Source: Thecamonas trahens ATCC 50062
Lineage: Eukaryota > Protista > Apusomonadida
Direction: 5' to 3'
Length of the DNA stretch: 64,000 nt
Assembly (NCBI RefSeq): GCF_000142905.1
Contig: NW_013657674.1
Span: 156,709 to 220,708, forward strand
A program made the position numbers and the translations under genes. Of the stretch, positions 33,944 to 44,433 are shown in pieces. Below the pieces are notes generated by a model, which saw only the letters and a program-made list of their open reading frames with translations, searched no databases and had not been told where the DNA came from. Position 1 is the first letter of the stretch. Each line of letters begins with the position of its first letter.

Positions 33944-34796
33944 ATGGAATGGGACCAGGTTCGGCTGTTCGACTCGACCCCATGCCGCACACACGACCCG
34001 CTGTTCGACTTTGACTGTCCACAGTACGTTGAGCTCACCGGCTCGCCGCAGACAACGGCCTTCTTGTCCGGCGACACGGCGCTCGGCTCGCCATCAACGC
34101 CCGATAGCCGCCGTGGACGGCGCGGCTCGTCAGCCTCGCTACTTTCGCCTTCATTATCGCCCGAGTCGCGGGCGGCGGCCGATGCTGCCCTCGCCGCCGA
34201 CAACGCCGCCTGGTGGTCGGCGCCGCGCCCGTTCCACGAGCCGTCGCAGACGGCGGCACTGCGCCGCCGCGCCATGGCCTCATCGGTCTCGCTCAAGCGG
34301 GTAGGAGGCGCCGCCTATTGCGTATTCTTGGAAAACAAGCACTCCACGCCGGACTCCGCTTAAGCGCGCAGCCATCAACACGGCCAGTCCAGCGCCGCAG
34401 ACGCCGCGCACCAAGCCGCGCCGCGGTGCTGGTGCAGAGAACAACCCCGGCACACCCATCGCCACACCTGCCGGGAGCCCGTACACTACCCCGCGCCGCA
34501 AGACCGGCGCTGGCCGCTCGCTGCTGCGGACGCCGGCCTCGCGGGTCAAGGCTTCGCGGTCGACAGCCCGCAAGCCGCAGCGACCGACCACCATCGCACT
34601 TCTTCGGGCGCGCGCAGCCAACACCCCGTCGCGCCGGGTCCGCTCCGGCCTCACGCCGCACATCAGCCACACGCATGCCAAGCCGTCTATCCGGTTCAAC
34701 TCGCTGAGGGCAGCCGAGGACGACGACGACGACGACGACGACAACGACAATGCCCCTGCCGCCGAGCCCGTTGCCAAGGCGCTCAACTTTGCGTAG
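33944..34796 (+). CDS. Cell-cycle protein with a TPX2-like N-terminal motif and many S/T-P sites; needs an intron (candidate 34301-34364) or a +1 shift
   Basis: DPLFDFDCPQYVEL...NAAWW resembles the Aurora-binding (Y/F)xFDAPxFxDF...W motif; the downstream frame reads TPRRTPLKR...KALNFA*. Confidence 0.55.
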
Positions 34797-35250
34797 CCGC
34801 ACCGGCGCCGCCAGCCGCAGCATCTGCCGCGCGAGCCTTTGCGGCCATCTGGGCACGGGCGCGGGCCTTACCAACCTTGAACAGCAGACCAGCCGCTTCG
34901 CGGAGGGAGCAGAGCAGCATAGCCAGGCAGATAAGGAGGAGCGGAGCCGAAACGATGATAGAGAGGAACGCGCCGTTGGCATCAAAGTAGTTCTGCGAGG
35001 CAAACGAGGCCCAGTTGTCGGCTGCCCACTTGTTGATTCGCTCCATGCTGTACACGATGCCGAGTGCGAGGACGTAGATGCTCGCTTGTCCGACTTGCGA
35101 GCTGCGCGAGGTGAGCGCAGCGAGTGCCACCGCCACGTGGCCACCCACCACCGCCAGCAGCCACGGCTCAGACCAGTCCACCGCGTGCACAAAGCCCATG
35201 ACCATCTCGTACGAGCTGGCGGTCTGGAACTGTGGTGGCTGGTGCGTCAT
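34783..35250 (-). CDS. TMEM18: Transmembrane protein 18
   Basis: AVDWSEPWL, ERINKWAADNWASFASQNYFDANGAFLS. Confidence 0.9.
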   Translation of the reverse strand: MTHQPPQFQTASSYEMVMGFVHAVDWSEPWLLAVVGGHVAVALAALTSRSSQVGQASIYVLALGIVYSMERINKWAADNWASFASQNYFDANGAFLSIIVSAPLLLICLAMLLCSLREAAGLLFKVGKARARAQMAAKARAADAAAGGAGAATQS

Positions 35251-35397
35251 GGTCTCAGGAGGGGGGAGGACGACAAGTGTCGTGAGCGTGGCGGCGACCC
35301 TGCCGTCCGCAACATCCGTCGCCTACTTTGGCGTCAACCGCATGATCAACTCTCTGCCCGCGCTTCCTGTTTAACCATACGATTGGGCGACGCTCGG

Positions 35398-36188
35398 CTA
35401 CAAGGCGGCATCGACGGCAGTGCTCGTGGTAGTACCCTTGGTGCTGCGGCTTCTGGATTCTGTAGGCTTGGCTGCGGGCGCCTGGCTGCTCGAGTACTGG
35501 CCTGAGAGCTCGATTGAGAGCTCGTGACGGAGATCAAGAGCGGCGCGGGTCTCGACAACGTAGGCGACAAGAAGGAGGATGATGGCTGCCAGCATGAGGC
35601 CGACCACCAGTGCCGTGGCCTCAAACATGCGGAGGCGGAGCGAGGTGTGGGCGAGAACGCCCGAGGAGCATGCCGGGCGGGTGGCGTCGTTGACATTGCA
35701 CGACGGCCCGGGCAAATGGGCGTACGAGTTCCAGCCGCAGCATGCAAACTTGGCCTGGATCTTGTCGCGGACATCCGGCGAGGCCTCCTCCCACCCGTTC
35801 TGCATCACCTGCGCAAGATGCCGCGAGTGCCAGAGCGCGGCGCAGGCGACGGCGGCGACGGCGGCGTAGGCAACAAAGGCGAGGCCTGCTGCCACTACAT
35901 GGACATGCCACGCCGTCTCATGCCACACAAGGAGGTAGGTGAGGCAGAGCGCGCCCAGGAAGACCACCAGACCAAAGACGATGAGCGCGCCGGGAATCGG
36001 CATGGTGAGCAGGCCGAGGCCAAACTCGACGTCGCCGTACACCAGCGCCGCGCCGACGAGCACCCCGCCACGCCGGTCACCAGGGCCAGAACCAGCATAC
36101 CCATCAGAACCCGCTGCACCCGCTTGGCACGCTCTATATGCAAGCGCAGCTGCCGCTGTGCCGGTGCCTCTTCCCGCCCTCCAGCCAT
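35398..36188 (-). CDS. Tetraspanin (TSPAN13/31-like); a single-base frame break at the G-run 36063-36066
   Basis: IQAKFACCGW plus further Cys in the large loop; TM1 lies in ORF 35895-36188 (RVLMGMLVLALVTGVA) and joins GVLVGAALV if one G is added. Confidence 0.8.
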
Positions 36189-36236
36189 AACCGAGTCGGG
36201 TGTTGGGCTTGGAGACGCGCTCTGAGGCTGTGCAGT

Positions 36237-37568
36237 TCATTCGAGCTTGCGCCGGGAACCGCAGTCGTCATGGCGGCAGAGCCGCTCGCCCTCGGCAGGC
36301 CCGACAAAGAGGCCGACGAGAAGGAGGGTGTGGGCGGCAGCGAGGATGCCTGACGAAGCGGTGGTGGCCGGAAAGACATTAAAGGCGTACTCGATGGCGG
36401 CGAAAATGGCGAGGCGGGCCACAAGAGGGAGCGGCGTCGCCCAGAGGAGGAACGGGAGCGTGTGAAAGTACCACGAGTAGAACTGATAGTGGAGCGTCCG
36501 CGCAAAGACGACGCCGATAAAGTTGGAGACAAAGAGCATGCGTACCATGTGGTACGGCGAGAGTGGCGGCGCATCGGCTGGCGGCGCAGTCCGCAGCAGC
36601 CGCCACACGCCCGCGAGCCCGCCGCCCTGCGCGTGGAGCCACCGGGTGAGGATGAAGAGTGCCAGAACACCAGCGTGTCCAGCAAGAAGCACTGCCGCCG
36701 TTGTCTTGGAAACAAAGATGGGCTCTGGGAGGAACTTGAGGTTCACCGTCCACTTGTACTCAAAGACCCGCGAGAGGTCAAAGGCGCGTCCGATGTAGCC
36801 CTCGGCATTGGCGGTGAGGAACGGCCAAGCGAGGCCGACTTGGACCGCTGCCGCCACCGCCAGCCGTGGGATCGTCCACAGCATTCCCACGCGCTTGACC
36901 ATGATGATGCCGAGCGCAGGCGCAAAGAGGAGCGCGTTCATCTTGACCGAGACTCCGAGGGAGAACAGCGCCATGACCAAGTAGTCGGAGCCACGGGAGA
37001 CAAGGACCGCGATCGAGGCGTAGACAAAGAACATGGCCACTGGGTCGTTGAACAGTCGCAGTGCAAAGATCGAGTGGATCCGGTGTGAGGCCGCAAGGAG
37101 AACGAGGACGAGCGGCGGGAGGATGGCCTCGCCTGCGCCGCGCCGCGGAAAGAGCTTCAGCGCCGGGTGGTCGTGTTTGTGCGCCCGCCCAGCCACACTG
37201 TAGATGTACGCCACCAGACCATACGTCGCCACATGGAGGCCAGCAAAGAAGATCTGGATGGGCAGCAGCGAGGCCACACCGTCGGTCCCATCGGCCACCG
37301 AGCAAAGCGCCGTGTACGCCCACACATACCCCGCGGGGTACGGGCACGGCCCGGTATCACCACGCAGCGCCAGATAGTTACGCTCGCCACCAGAAACCAA
37401 CGCAACCTGCTGACAGTATGTAGTGTAGTCGATCTCCGTGTACGGGACCTTGGCCACCACCACCGCGTTGAGCACAACCTCAGCGAGCCCCACCACCACC
37501 GCCACCACCAACCACCACCGAGGCGAGAACGCAACCTCAGTCAGTCGCTCCCACACCAACCTCAGCAT
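36237..37568 (-). CDS. ALG3: Dol-P-Man:Man5GlcNAc2-PP-Dol alpha-1,3-mannosyltransferase
   Basis: VPYTEIDY, GDTGPCPYPAG, HSIFALRLFND, SVKMNALL, RTLHYQFYSWY. Confidence 0.95.
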   Translation of the reverse strand: MLRLVWERLTEVAFSPRWWLVVAVVVGLAEVVLNAVVVAKVPYTEIDYTTYCQQVALVSGGERNYLALRGDTGPCPYPAGYVWAYTALCSVADGTDGVASLLPIQIFFAGLHVATYGLVAYIYSVAGRAHKHDHPALKLFPRRGAGEAILPPLVLVLLAASHRIHSIFALRLFNDPVAMFFVYASIAVLVSRGSDYLVMALFSLGVSVKMNALLFAPALGIIMVKRVGMLWTIPRLAVAAAVQVGLAWPFLTANAEGYIGRAFDLSRVFEYKWTVNLKFLPEPIFVSKTTAAVLLAGHAGVLALFILTRWLHAQGGGLAGVWRLLRTAPPADAPPLSPYHMVRMLFVSNFIGVVFARTLHYQFYSWYFHTLPFLLWATPLPLVARLAIFAAIEYAFNVFPATTASSGILAAAHTLLLVGLFVGPAEGERLCRHDDCGSRRKLE

Positions 37569-37927
37569 GATACAGGAAAGGGAGGGTGGGGGGGGGGGGG
37601 GGGGAGGGGGGGGGGGAGGGGGAGGGAGGGAGGGAGGGTGTACGTCGGTTGGTCTCGTTTGGTCGNNNNNNNNNNNNNNNNNNNNNNNNNNNNNNNNNNN
37701 NNNNNNNNNNNNNNNNNNNNNNNNNNNNNNNNNNNNNNNNNNNNNNNNNNNNNNNNNNNNNNNNNGAGGGGAGGTAGAGTAGAGTTCAGTGTTCCGGCCT
37801 CAGCCCCGTCCCCCCCCCCCCCCCCCCCCCACACCCACACCCACACACGTCTCACGCCCGCACTACCACACACACACTCTCTCTCTCGCACATCCATACA
37901 CATACCATACAGACATACACAGCCGCA

Positions 37928-40842
37928 ATGGCCCTCGACTCGGTCTCCGAGATCCTTCAACAGGAGATGGTCAAGTCGGCCACCATTGTGGTACGCTCCC
38001 TCCCTCCCCCCCTCCCACCCACCCACCAACCAACCAACCGTGGCACCCTCACACACTCACCACCACCTCATTCTCTTCTCATCGACAGGAGGTACCTGCT
38101 ATGCCAACCCACCTCACTATCGTCACGGAAGACGGAGAGAGCGACGACTCGCCGTCGCCGTCGCCGCTCGGTGCGCACCTGCCTGACACCAGCTCGCCGA
38201 CCTCGGCAAACGGCTTGGTCCCGCCACCAGTCTCCCGCTCGTCGTCGGCACCGCACCTCAACGGCTCGGTGCCATCGCTGGCAGTGGCAGATGCTAACCT
38301 CACGCCGCTACAGAAGCGACTCTCGCTGACAAAGGCTGCCCGCTCGGCGGCCATTGCCGCCGTCGAGTCGCAGATGGCCGCAGAGGCCAAGACCACGCCG
38401 CTCTTCCAGTTCCTCTTCTTCCATCTCGTCTCCATGCAGGAGAGCTTGCAAGAGTCACAGGCACTGCTCAAAGATGGCGACGAGGTCATCTCGACTGTCG
38501 CCCGTGCCATGCTCTCGTGCCAGGCGCTTGTCGTGCAAGCCGGCAAGCTCGCCGCCGTCGTCTTTGCCTCGGATGTCGACAACGTCAAAGGCGCGCTCCG
38601 CGCCTTTGTCAAGTGCATCAAGGAGGTGCTCGGTGCAGGCAAGGCCCTGGCCAACTCGGAGCCGTCGGCCCGCGCTGAGCTCATGCGTCACTTGCGCCAC
38701 GTGCGCGACGCGTCGACCTCGGTGGTCCAGGCCACGCCGACGTGTACACTCACCGGCGATGAAAACGCCGAGCTCGCCACCCTCATGCGAGTCCTCATCA
38801 AGGTCATTGCCTCAGTCTTCAACTTTGTGCCCACCATTGCATCCAACTCGTCGGCCGAGGTCCGCAAGAAGCGCGCCGCCACCCAGTTTGTCGCCCAGAT
38901 GCTCCGGCGCATGGCTATCGAGTACTACAATCCCGGCGAGACGATTGTGTCCAAGGGCGAGCGCGGCAAGTGCATGTACTTTATCACCTCGGGCGAGGTC
39001 GAGATCATCTTGCCATCCACTTCCAAGCGCAAGAAAGACAAGGACGTCGAGCCGCGCGAGAACCCACGCCTCGGCGTTGGTGCCTTTTTCGGCGAAATCG
39101 CCCTGTTTCTCTCCAAGAAGCGGACCGCCACCGTCCGTGCCCTCACCCAGGTGGATCTCGCCGTCCTCACCAAGGAGGCGTGCGAATCGATGCTTGAGAA
39201 GTTCCCTGACATCTACAACGACTTTAAGCGCATGGGTGAAGCCCGCCTCATGGGCACCATGAAGCGGCACTCGTCGTCCAAGACCTCTGAGGTCCCCGAG
39301 TGGTTCTCTGACGTCTCGCGCCGCGTTGCCTCGCTCACCGCCAAGCCCGTCCTCAAGATCTACACCCCGCACCGCGCCCTCATCCTCGACTCACTCTTCA
39401 AGTCGACCGACGACGAGTTTGTCTCGAAGCTCCTCGCAAAGCCGGAAGAGACCGTCGGCATCCTCGCCTCAGTCTGCACCCGCGAGGAGATGGAGCTCCT
39501 TGTCCCGCATCTCATCTGCCTCTACGACGCCCGCAAGGCCATCGTCACTCTCGTCGAGTTCTGTATCACCTTTGAGGTCGAGCGCACCCCGCTCGACATG
39601 GCCACCTCGCTCATGCGTGGCTCGTCGTTTGGCCCAAAGGTCCTCACCGCCCTCCTCGCCGCCGTCGGCGACGACTACACACACACCGTCTGTGCCCCGG
39701 GCTTTGCCGCCCTCAACGCCGCTGCGCCGGCTCTCGTCGCTCTCACCGACCCGCTTGCTCTCGACGAGATGCCAGGGCCTCAGTTTGATGCCCTCGTCTC
39801 GCAGCTTGTCTCGGTACTCGACGTTTTTGTCGCATCCATCTTTGCGCCGTCGGCGGTCCGCGCGTGTCCCATCATTGTTCGTATTGCCTGTCACATCCTC
39901 ATGATCGCCGCCGAAGCCCGCTTTGGCCAGTTTGAGACCATCATTGGCGGCGTCCTCTTCCTCCGCCTCATCTGCCCGTCCATCCTCAACCAGTCGCAGC
40001 GATTTGGCTACGACCCGCGCCCGGCTCCCAACCGCAAGCTCCTCATCCTCATTTCCAAGGTGTTGCAGAACCTCTCCAACCGCACCACCTTTCCACCCAT
40101 CCACCGCTACTCTCCGGCCCTCAACGACTGGCTCTCTTCCAAGGACGTCGACCGCCTCGCCTTTATGTCGGACATTGTTGATCTGCCGTTCTCCACTTCG
40201 ACCCGCGGCACTTGCATCCAGACTTTCAAGTCCAAGCGCAACGAGGAGCTTCCGCTCGAGCTCGGTTGTACCATCGACGACATCAAGACCACCTCGTCGC
40301 CCTCGTGGCTCTTTGGTGTCCGCGGAGATCACTCAGGCTTCTTCCCCGCAAATCACGTCACCGTCGCCTCCCACCATGTCTACGTCGGCGCAGACGCTCA
40401 TCACCTCGGTGACTACGGCTCTGCTCCCGCCGCGCCTGCTGCGCTTGCTACGCCTGCCACTGCAAAGCGCCGTGCCGCTGCTTCTGCATCGGCTTCGGGC
40501 TCTGCCTCCGCCTCGGCCTCTGCATCTGCCTCGTCGGCCTCCTCCTCATCGTCGTCATCGTCCTCGTCGGACTCTTCAGATTCATCAGACTCGTCGTCCT
40601 CGTCGTCGTCATCCGACGCTCCAAAGGCCACCAAGAAGGCCAAGACCAATCCGGCTTTGGCTGCCACTTCTGCACCCAAGTCTGTACCCGCTAAGCCGCC
40701 CGCTGCCGCCACCGGCTCTAACGGCAAGGTCAAGACCACGCTTGTGCTGAGCGAGGACCCGTCCGAGAACGTCGCCTACATCCGCCAGCTCGCTAACTCG
40801 AAGGAGCGTGAGATTTATGCCTTTGTTGAAAAGGAACTGTGA
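37928..40842 (+). CDS. Helical bundle, cyclic-nucleotide-binding, RasGAP and SH3 domain protein; 2 exons: 37928-37990 and 38089-40842
   Basis: cNMP: MYFITSGEV..FFGEIAL..RTATVRA; RasGAP: LMRGSS, LFLRLICPSI, KVLQNLSN; SH3: EELPL..WLFG..GFFPANHV. Confidence 0.85.
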
Positions 40843-40872
40843 ACAAACACGACCCTGCACACAACCGCAGTC

Positions 40873-43800
40873 CTACACCGGCTGGTTGCCCAGCACACGC
40901 TCGTACGGCACCGGCTTGGCCGAGAACGAGCCGCGGGGCGGTGGCGCGTCTTCCAGCATCAGTGACCGCGCGTACGAGACGTTGGCATGGTTGTGGACGT
41001 AGATCGAGTTGATGACCGCCATGATCGGCTCGACTCGGTGCAAGTGGTACGAGAACTCGGACATTGCCGAGAGCTGCGGCACGTGGTCCGCCAGCACGCT
41101 GGCGCGCTCCTCGGCGCTGCCGTCCGCCGCCGCGTTGGTCACCTGAGCCGTCATAACCTGCAGGTGGATCTGGATGGCTGGCACTAGTGGTGCTGGCATG
41201 CCATCGATGGCCGCAAAGTACGCTGCAAAACTCTCAGTTGGATCCACCAGTGGCAAGAGCTTGTCGCGGAGCTGGACTTTGATGGCGTGCGGGACGGCGG
41301 CCCAGGTTTCGGTCATCCGCTGAATGGCGGGTGACTGTAGGCCGAGGAGCACTGCGGTCGCCGTGAAAAAGTTGTTGAGTAGCTTTGCGCCGTGTGCTAC
41401 CTCGAGGAGGAAGCAAATGGTCCACGCCCGATGCTCCGCCGATGCCTCCTGCCCGATCACTGCCGACGTCGCCCACCGCACTCGATAGTTGTACCGGGTG
41501 AGGAGCTCGTCGACTTGGGGCTGGCTCTCGGCCTTGCCGCCACCCACCACGTACGCCACGTACGCCTCGGGCGCGACGTTGGCAAACGCATCAAAGTCCT
41601 CCAGCGTCAGCTGGCGTGCCACCTCGAGTGGATGAAGCTTAAGCAGCGGGTCGAGCTCAAACGGCGGTGGCGTGATCGATGCCAGTGGACTCGGGTATGA
41701 CTCGGGCGTGTACACCACGTTAGCATCAAACTGGCCGCCGGCACCATCGTAGAACCCGGAAGTGCTTGCCGCTGCTGCCAGCTTGTCCGGTAGCACCGGC
41801 TCGCCCTCAGGTTGGTTCCAGAACGTAGCCTTGGTCAGGGTCGATGGGTCGTAGGTCGGATCCTCGTAGCTGATCGGCTTGCCTGGTTTGGGCTTGGCGC
41901 CGCGTGCCTGCAGCTCGAGCGACCGTGCCCGGCCGCCCGTCTGGTCGAGCACTTCGCCAGCCTGCAGGAGCGCAAGCACTTGCTCGATTGGCTGGATGGC
42001 ATACTCGGCGTATGGCGATCGGAGCTTAATGAGCACGTCAACGGCTTTGGCCATGATGGAGAGCTTGTCGATGTTGACCAGCCCATTCGGCTCGAGAAAC
42101 GTGTCCTGCGCGTCGTCGGTCGAGATGATGTCGCCGAGCCATGGCGCGATAAATGGCACGCACGGTGCAACTGTTTGCTTCAGCCGCATGCGGTAGATCT
42201 TGAACTTACCCAGCACGTCCATCATCGTCTCGAGGTCGTGCAGCTTCTCCCGGTACGTGTCCGGAAGCATCGAGAACAGCCGCACTAGCCGCGAAATGTT
42301 GGCCGACGACAGCGCCACAATGACCGCCTGCATCGAAAAGTAGTTGTCGAGCCCACGACAGCAGAGCGCCACGTCGATAAACTTGCACGCCAGCCGCGCA
42401 CGTTCGGTCCAGCTCTCAGCGAGCAGGATCCGCGACGAAAACCAGGTCATCACCTTGTTGAACCGCGCAGAGTACGCCTGTGTCGATTCTGCAGGCACAG
42501 AGTCTTTGGCGAGGTAGTCAGCAGGCCGAATGGAGTAAAACACCTTGTAGTCTTCCAGCGTCAGCTGCCGTGCAAGCTCCACCGGCGAGACATCAAAGAC
42601 AGACTTGATTGAGTTAAGCTCTGCTGGGAGGAGTGGCGGCGGAATGTGCTGGGCAAAGCTCCGTGGGTCGTACTGCTTGATATACTCGGTCGCCGCATGC
42701 GCTTCCTTGTGCCGCGCAAGCTGGATGACAAACGCGAGCTCGTCCTCCAGCTCGCCGCTCACCTCGCTGGCCCGTGTCTCGAGCACGTCGATCCACGCAC
42801 GGAGCACGTCACGGACAAGCAAGACGGGGCCGCGCTCGTCCGAGCTGCCGTCGTCGGTCTGGCTCTCTCCGGTCGGTCTTGCGCTCTCGACAAGCGACGC
42901 CATGCAGCTCGAGTCGACCTCGGCCGGTGGATGGCACCATGCCTCGTCCATGTCCGAGTAAAAGCCGACGAGCCATGCACAGAGGAGCGAGAGGAGTTTG
43001 GAGCGAATAGCAGGGAGGGTGACGGCGGTAAACTCGAGATCGTCGACGTCGGGCGCGAGCTGTGCGTCATACCGCTGCACAAGGAGCGTGAGCAGCGTTG
43101 ACGACGAGAGAATCTTGACCCGCGTGATGAGGAAGATGCGGGTGAGGACTGGATCGTCATGATTCGGCTGCAGGATCTTGCGGAGAAGTAACTCCAGATG
43201 GATGGCATGGATCGAGACCGCCACTAGCGACGTCGAGTAGAGGGCGACAAAGTAGGGAAAGTAGACTGCAAGGCTCAGTCGCGACTCGTCAAAGACGGCC
43301 GAAATGCCATCGGCCCGCCGCGGCCGGCTCGACGACGCTGCCGATGTATCGTTCCAGCCCGCTGGCTCGGCAGACTCTGCCAAGTCTGCGTACTCTTTGT
43401 ACTTGAGATAGACAGGTAGGATGCGCTCGGCCGATGCCCGCGCGGCGCGCAGCGCCGCCAGCTGCTCCTTGAGCGCCTGCTTTTTGGCCACGACACCAGC
43501 ACGCGTCAACGGGACAGGCGACGGAGGGACGCCATGAAGTGAGTTGGCGAGTGCGAGCTTGAGCGCCTCGCCGGTGCGGTCGCGGGCGTCAAGCGCAATC
43601 CACCACGCCTTGAACGCTTCCCGCGGCAGCGGCGCACTCGTCGGCCGCCCCGCACGCGCAGCGATCGACTCGAACACACCGGCAGCCAGCCGTCCGTCTA
43701 TCCATGACGGTCCCATGGCCAACGCGGCAGCCACAAAGGCATCGGCCGAGACCGAGCCTGTCCGCTGCGGATCGAGTAGCTTGAACGCTGCCGTGGCATC

Positions 43801-44085
43801 GAACGCCTTGCGCTGTGCCACCAGTGCCGACAGCTGGCGGTACTTGGCGTGGACCGGCTCGATCTCGTCGGGCGGCGCGTGCTGTGCCTTGCGAGACAGC
43901 ACCTCCGACTTGACCGCGTCCTTCAGCTCAACTAGTTCGACCAGCGTGAGCGATGCGTACGCCTGCGGCGGGCTCTCTGCCTGCGACTGGCCGGTCGAGT
44001 CGACAGGCGCCCGTGTCTGAGCCAGCTCCATGAGCGGTGGAGGCCGACCCCGTCCGCCATGTCGGCCCAACTCGGTGTCTGCCAT
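40873..44085 (-). CDS. Ras guanine-nucleotide exchange factor with an EF-hand-like N-terminus, a REM domain and two tandem CDC25 domains
   Basis: PVELARQLTLED..NYFSMQAVIVAL..PCVPFI..NGLVNIDK, and a second PLEVARQLTLED..NNFFTATAVLLGL; DPQRTGSVSADAF loop. Confidence 0.85.
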   Translation of the reverse strand: MADTELGRHGGRGRPPPLMELAQTRAPVDSTGQSQAESPPQAYASLTLVELVELKDAVKSEVLSRKAQHAPPDEIEPVHAKYRQLSALVAQRKAFDATAAFKLLDPQRTGSVSADAFVAAALAMGPSWIDGRLAAGVFESIAARAGRPTSAPLPREAFKAWWIALDARDRTGEALKLALANSLHGVPPSPVPLTRAGVVAKKQALKEQLAALRAARASAERILPVYLKYKEYADLAESAEPAGWNDTSAASSSRPRRADGISAVFDESRLSLAVYFPYFVALYSTSLVAVSIHAIHLELLLRKILQPNHDDPVLTRIFLITRVKILSSSTLLTLLVQRYDAQLAPDVDDLEFTAVTLPAIRSKLLSLLCAWLVGFYSDMDEAWCHPPAEVDSSCMASLVESARPTGESQTDDGSSDERGPVLLVRDVLRAWIDVLETRASEVSGELEDELAFVIQLARHKEAHAATEYIKQYDPRSFAQHIPPPLLPAELNSIKSVFDVSPVELARQLTLEDYKVFYSIRPADYLAKDSVPAESTQAYSARFNKVMTWFSSRILLAESWTERARLACKFIDVALCCRGLDNYFSMQAVIVALSSANISRLVRLFSMLPDTYREKLHDLETMMDVLGKFKIYRMRLKQTVAPCVPFIAPWLGDIISTDDAQDTFLEPNGLVNIDKLSIMAKAVDVLIKLRSPYAEYAIQPIEQVLALLQAGEVLDQTGGRARSLELQARGAKPKPGKPISYEDPTYDPSTLTKATFWNQPEGEPVLPDKLAAAASTSGFYDGAGGQFDANVVYTPESYPSPLASITPPPFELDPLLKLHPLEVARQLTLEDFDAFANVAPEAYVAYVVGGGKAESQPQVDELLTRYNYRVRWATSAVIGQEASAEHRAWTICFLLEVAHGAKLLNNFFTATAVLLGLQSPAIQRMTETWAAVPHAIKVQLRDKLLPLVDPTESFAAYFAAIDGMPAPLVPAIQIHLQVMTAQVTNAAADGSAEERASVLADHVPQLSAMSEFSYHLHRVEPIMAVINSIYVHNHANVSYARSLMLEDAPPPRGSFSAKPVPYERVLGNQPV

Positions 44086-44433
44086 ATTAAGATTGCACAC
44101 AGGAGGGGGGGGGGGGGGGGGGGGGGGTGAGGTGGTTTGCTCTCGTTCCCGATTTTCGTGTCGCGCGGCCGCCTCCGTCGCCGTTCGTTCAGAGTTGTCG
44201 GTTGGCGGGCGGAGCTGGCGGGCGGAGCTGGCGGGTGGGCGGGCGGGTGGGTGGCGGGCAATGGCGCCAGAGCACCAAGTCACCACCACCACACACACAC
44301 ACACACGAACCCCGAAGCCTCCAGCGAGGCAACACACCACCACATATACCGCCTCCTCACACCACCACCACGCGAACCCGCGCACACAGCCACATATACA
44401 CAGCCACAGCCACTACTTTGCACAGCAAGGGCC

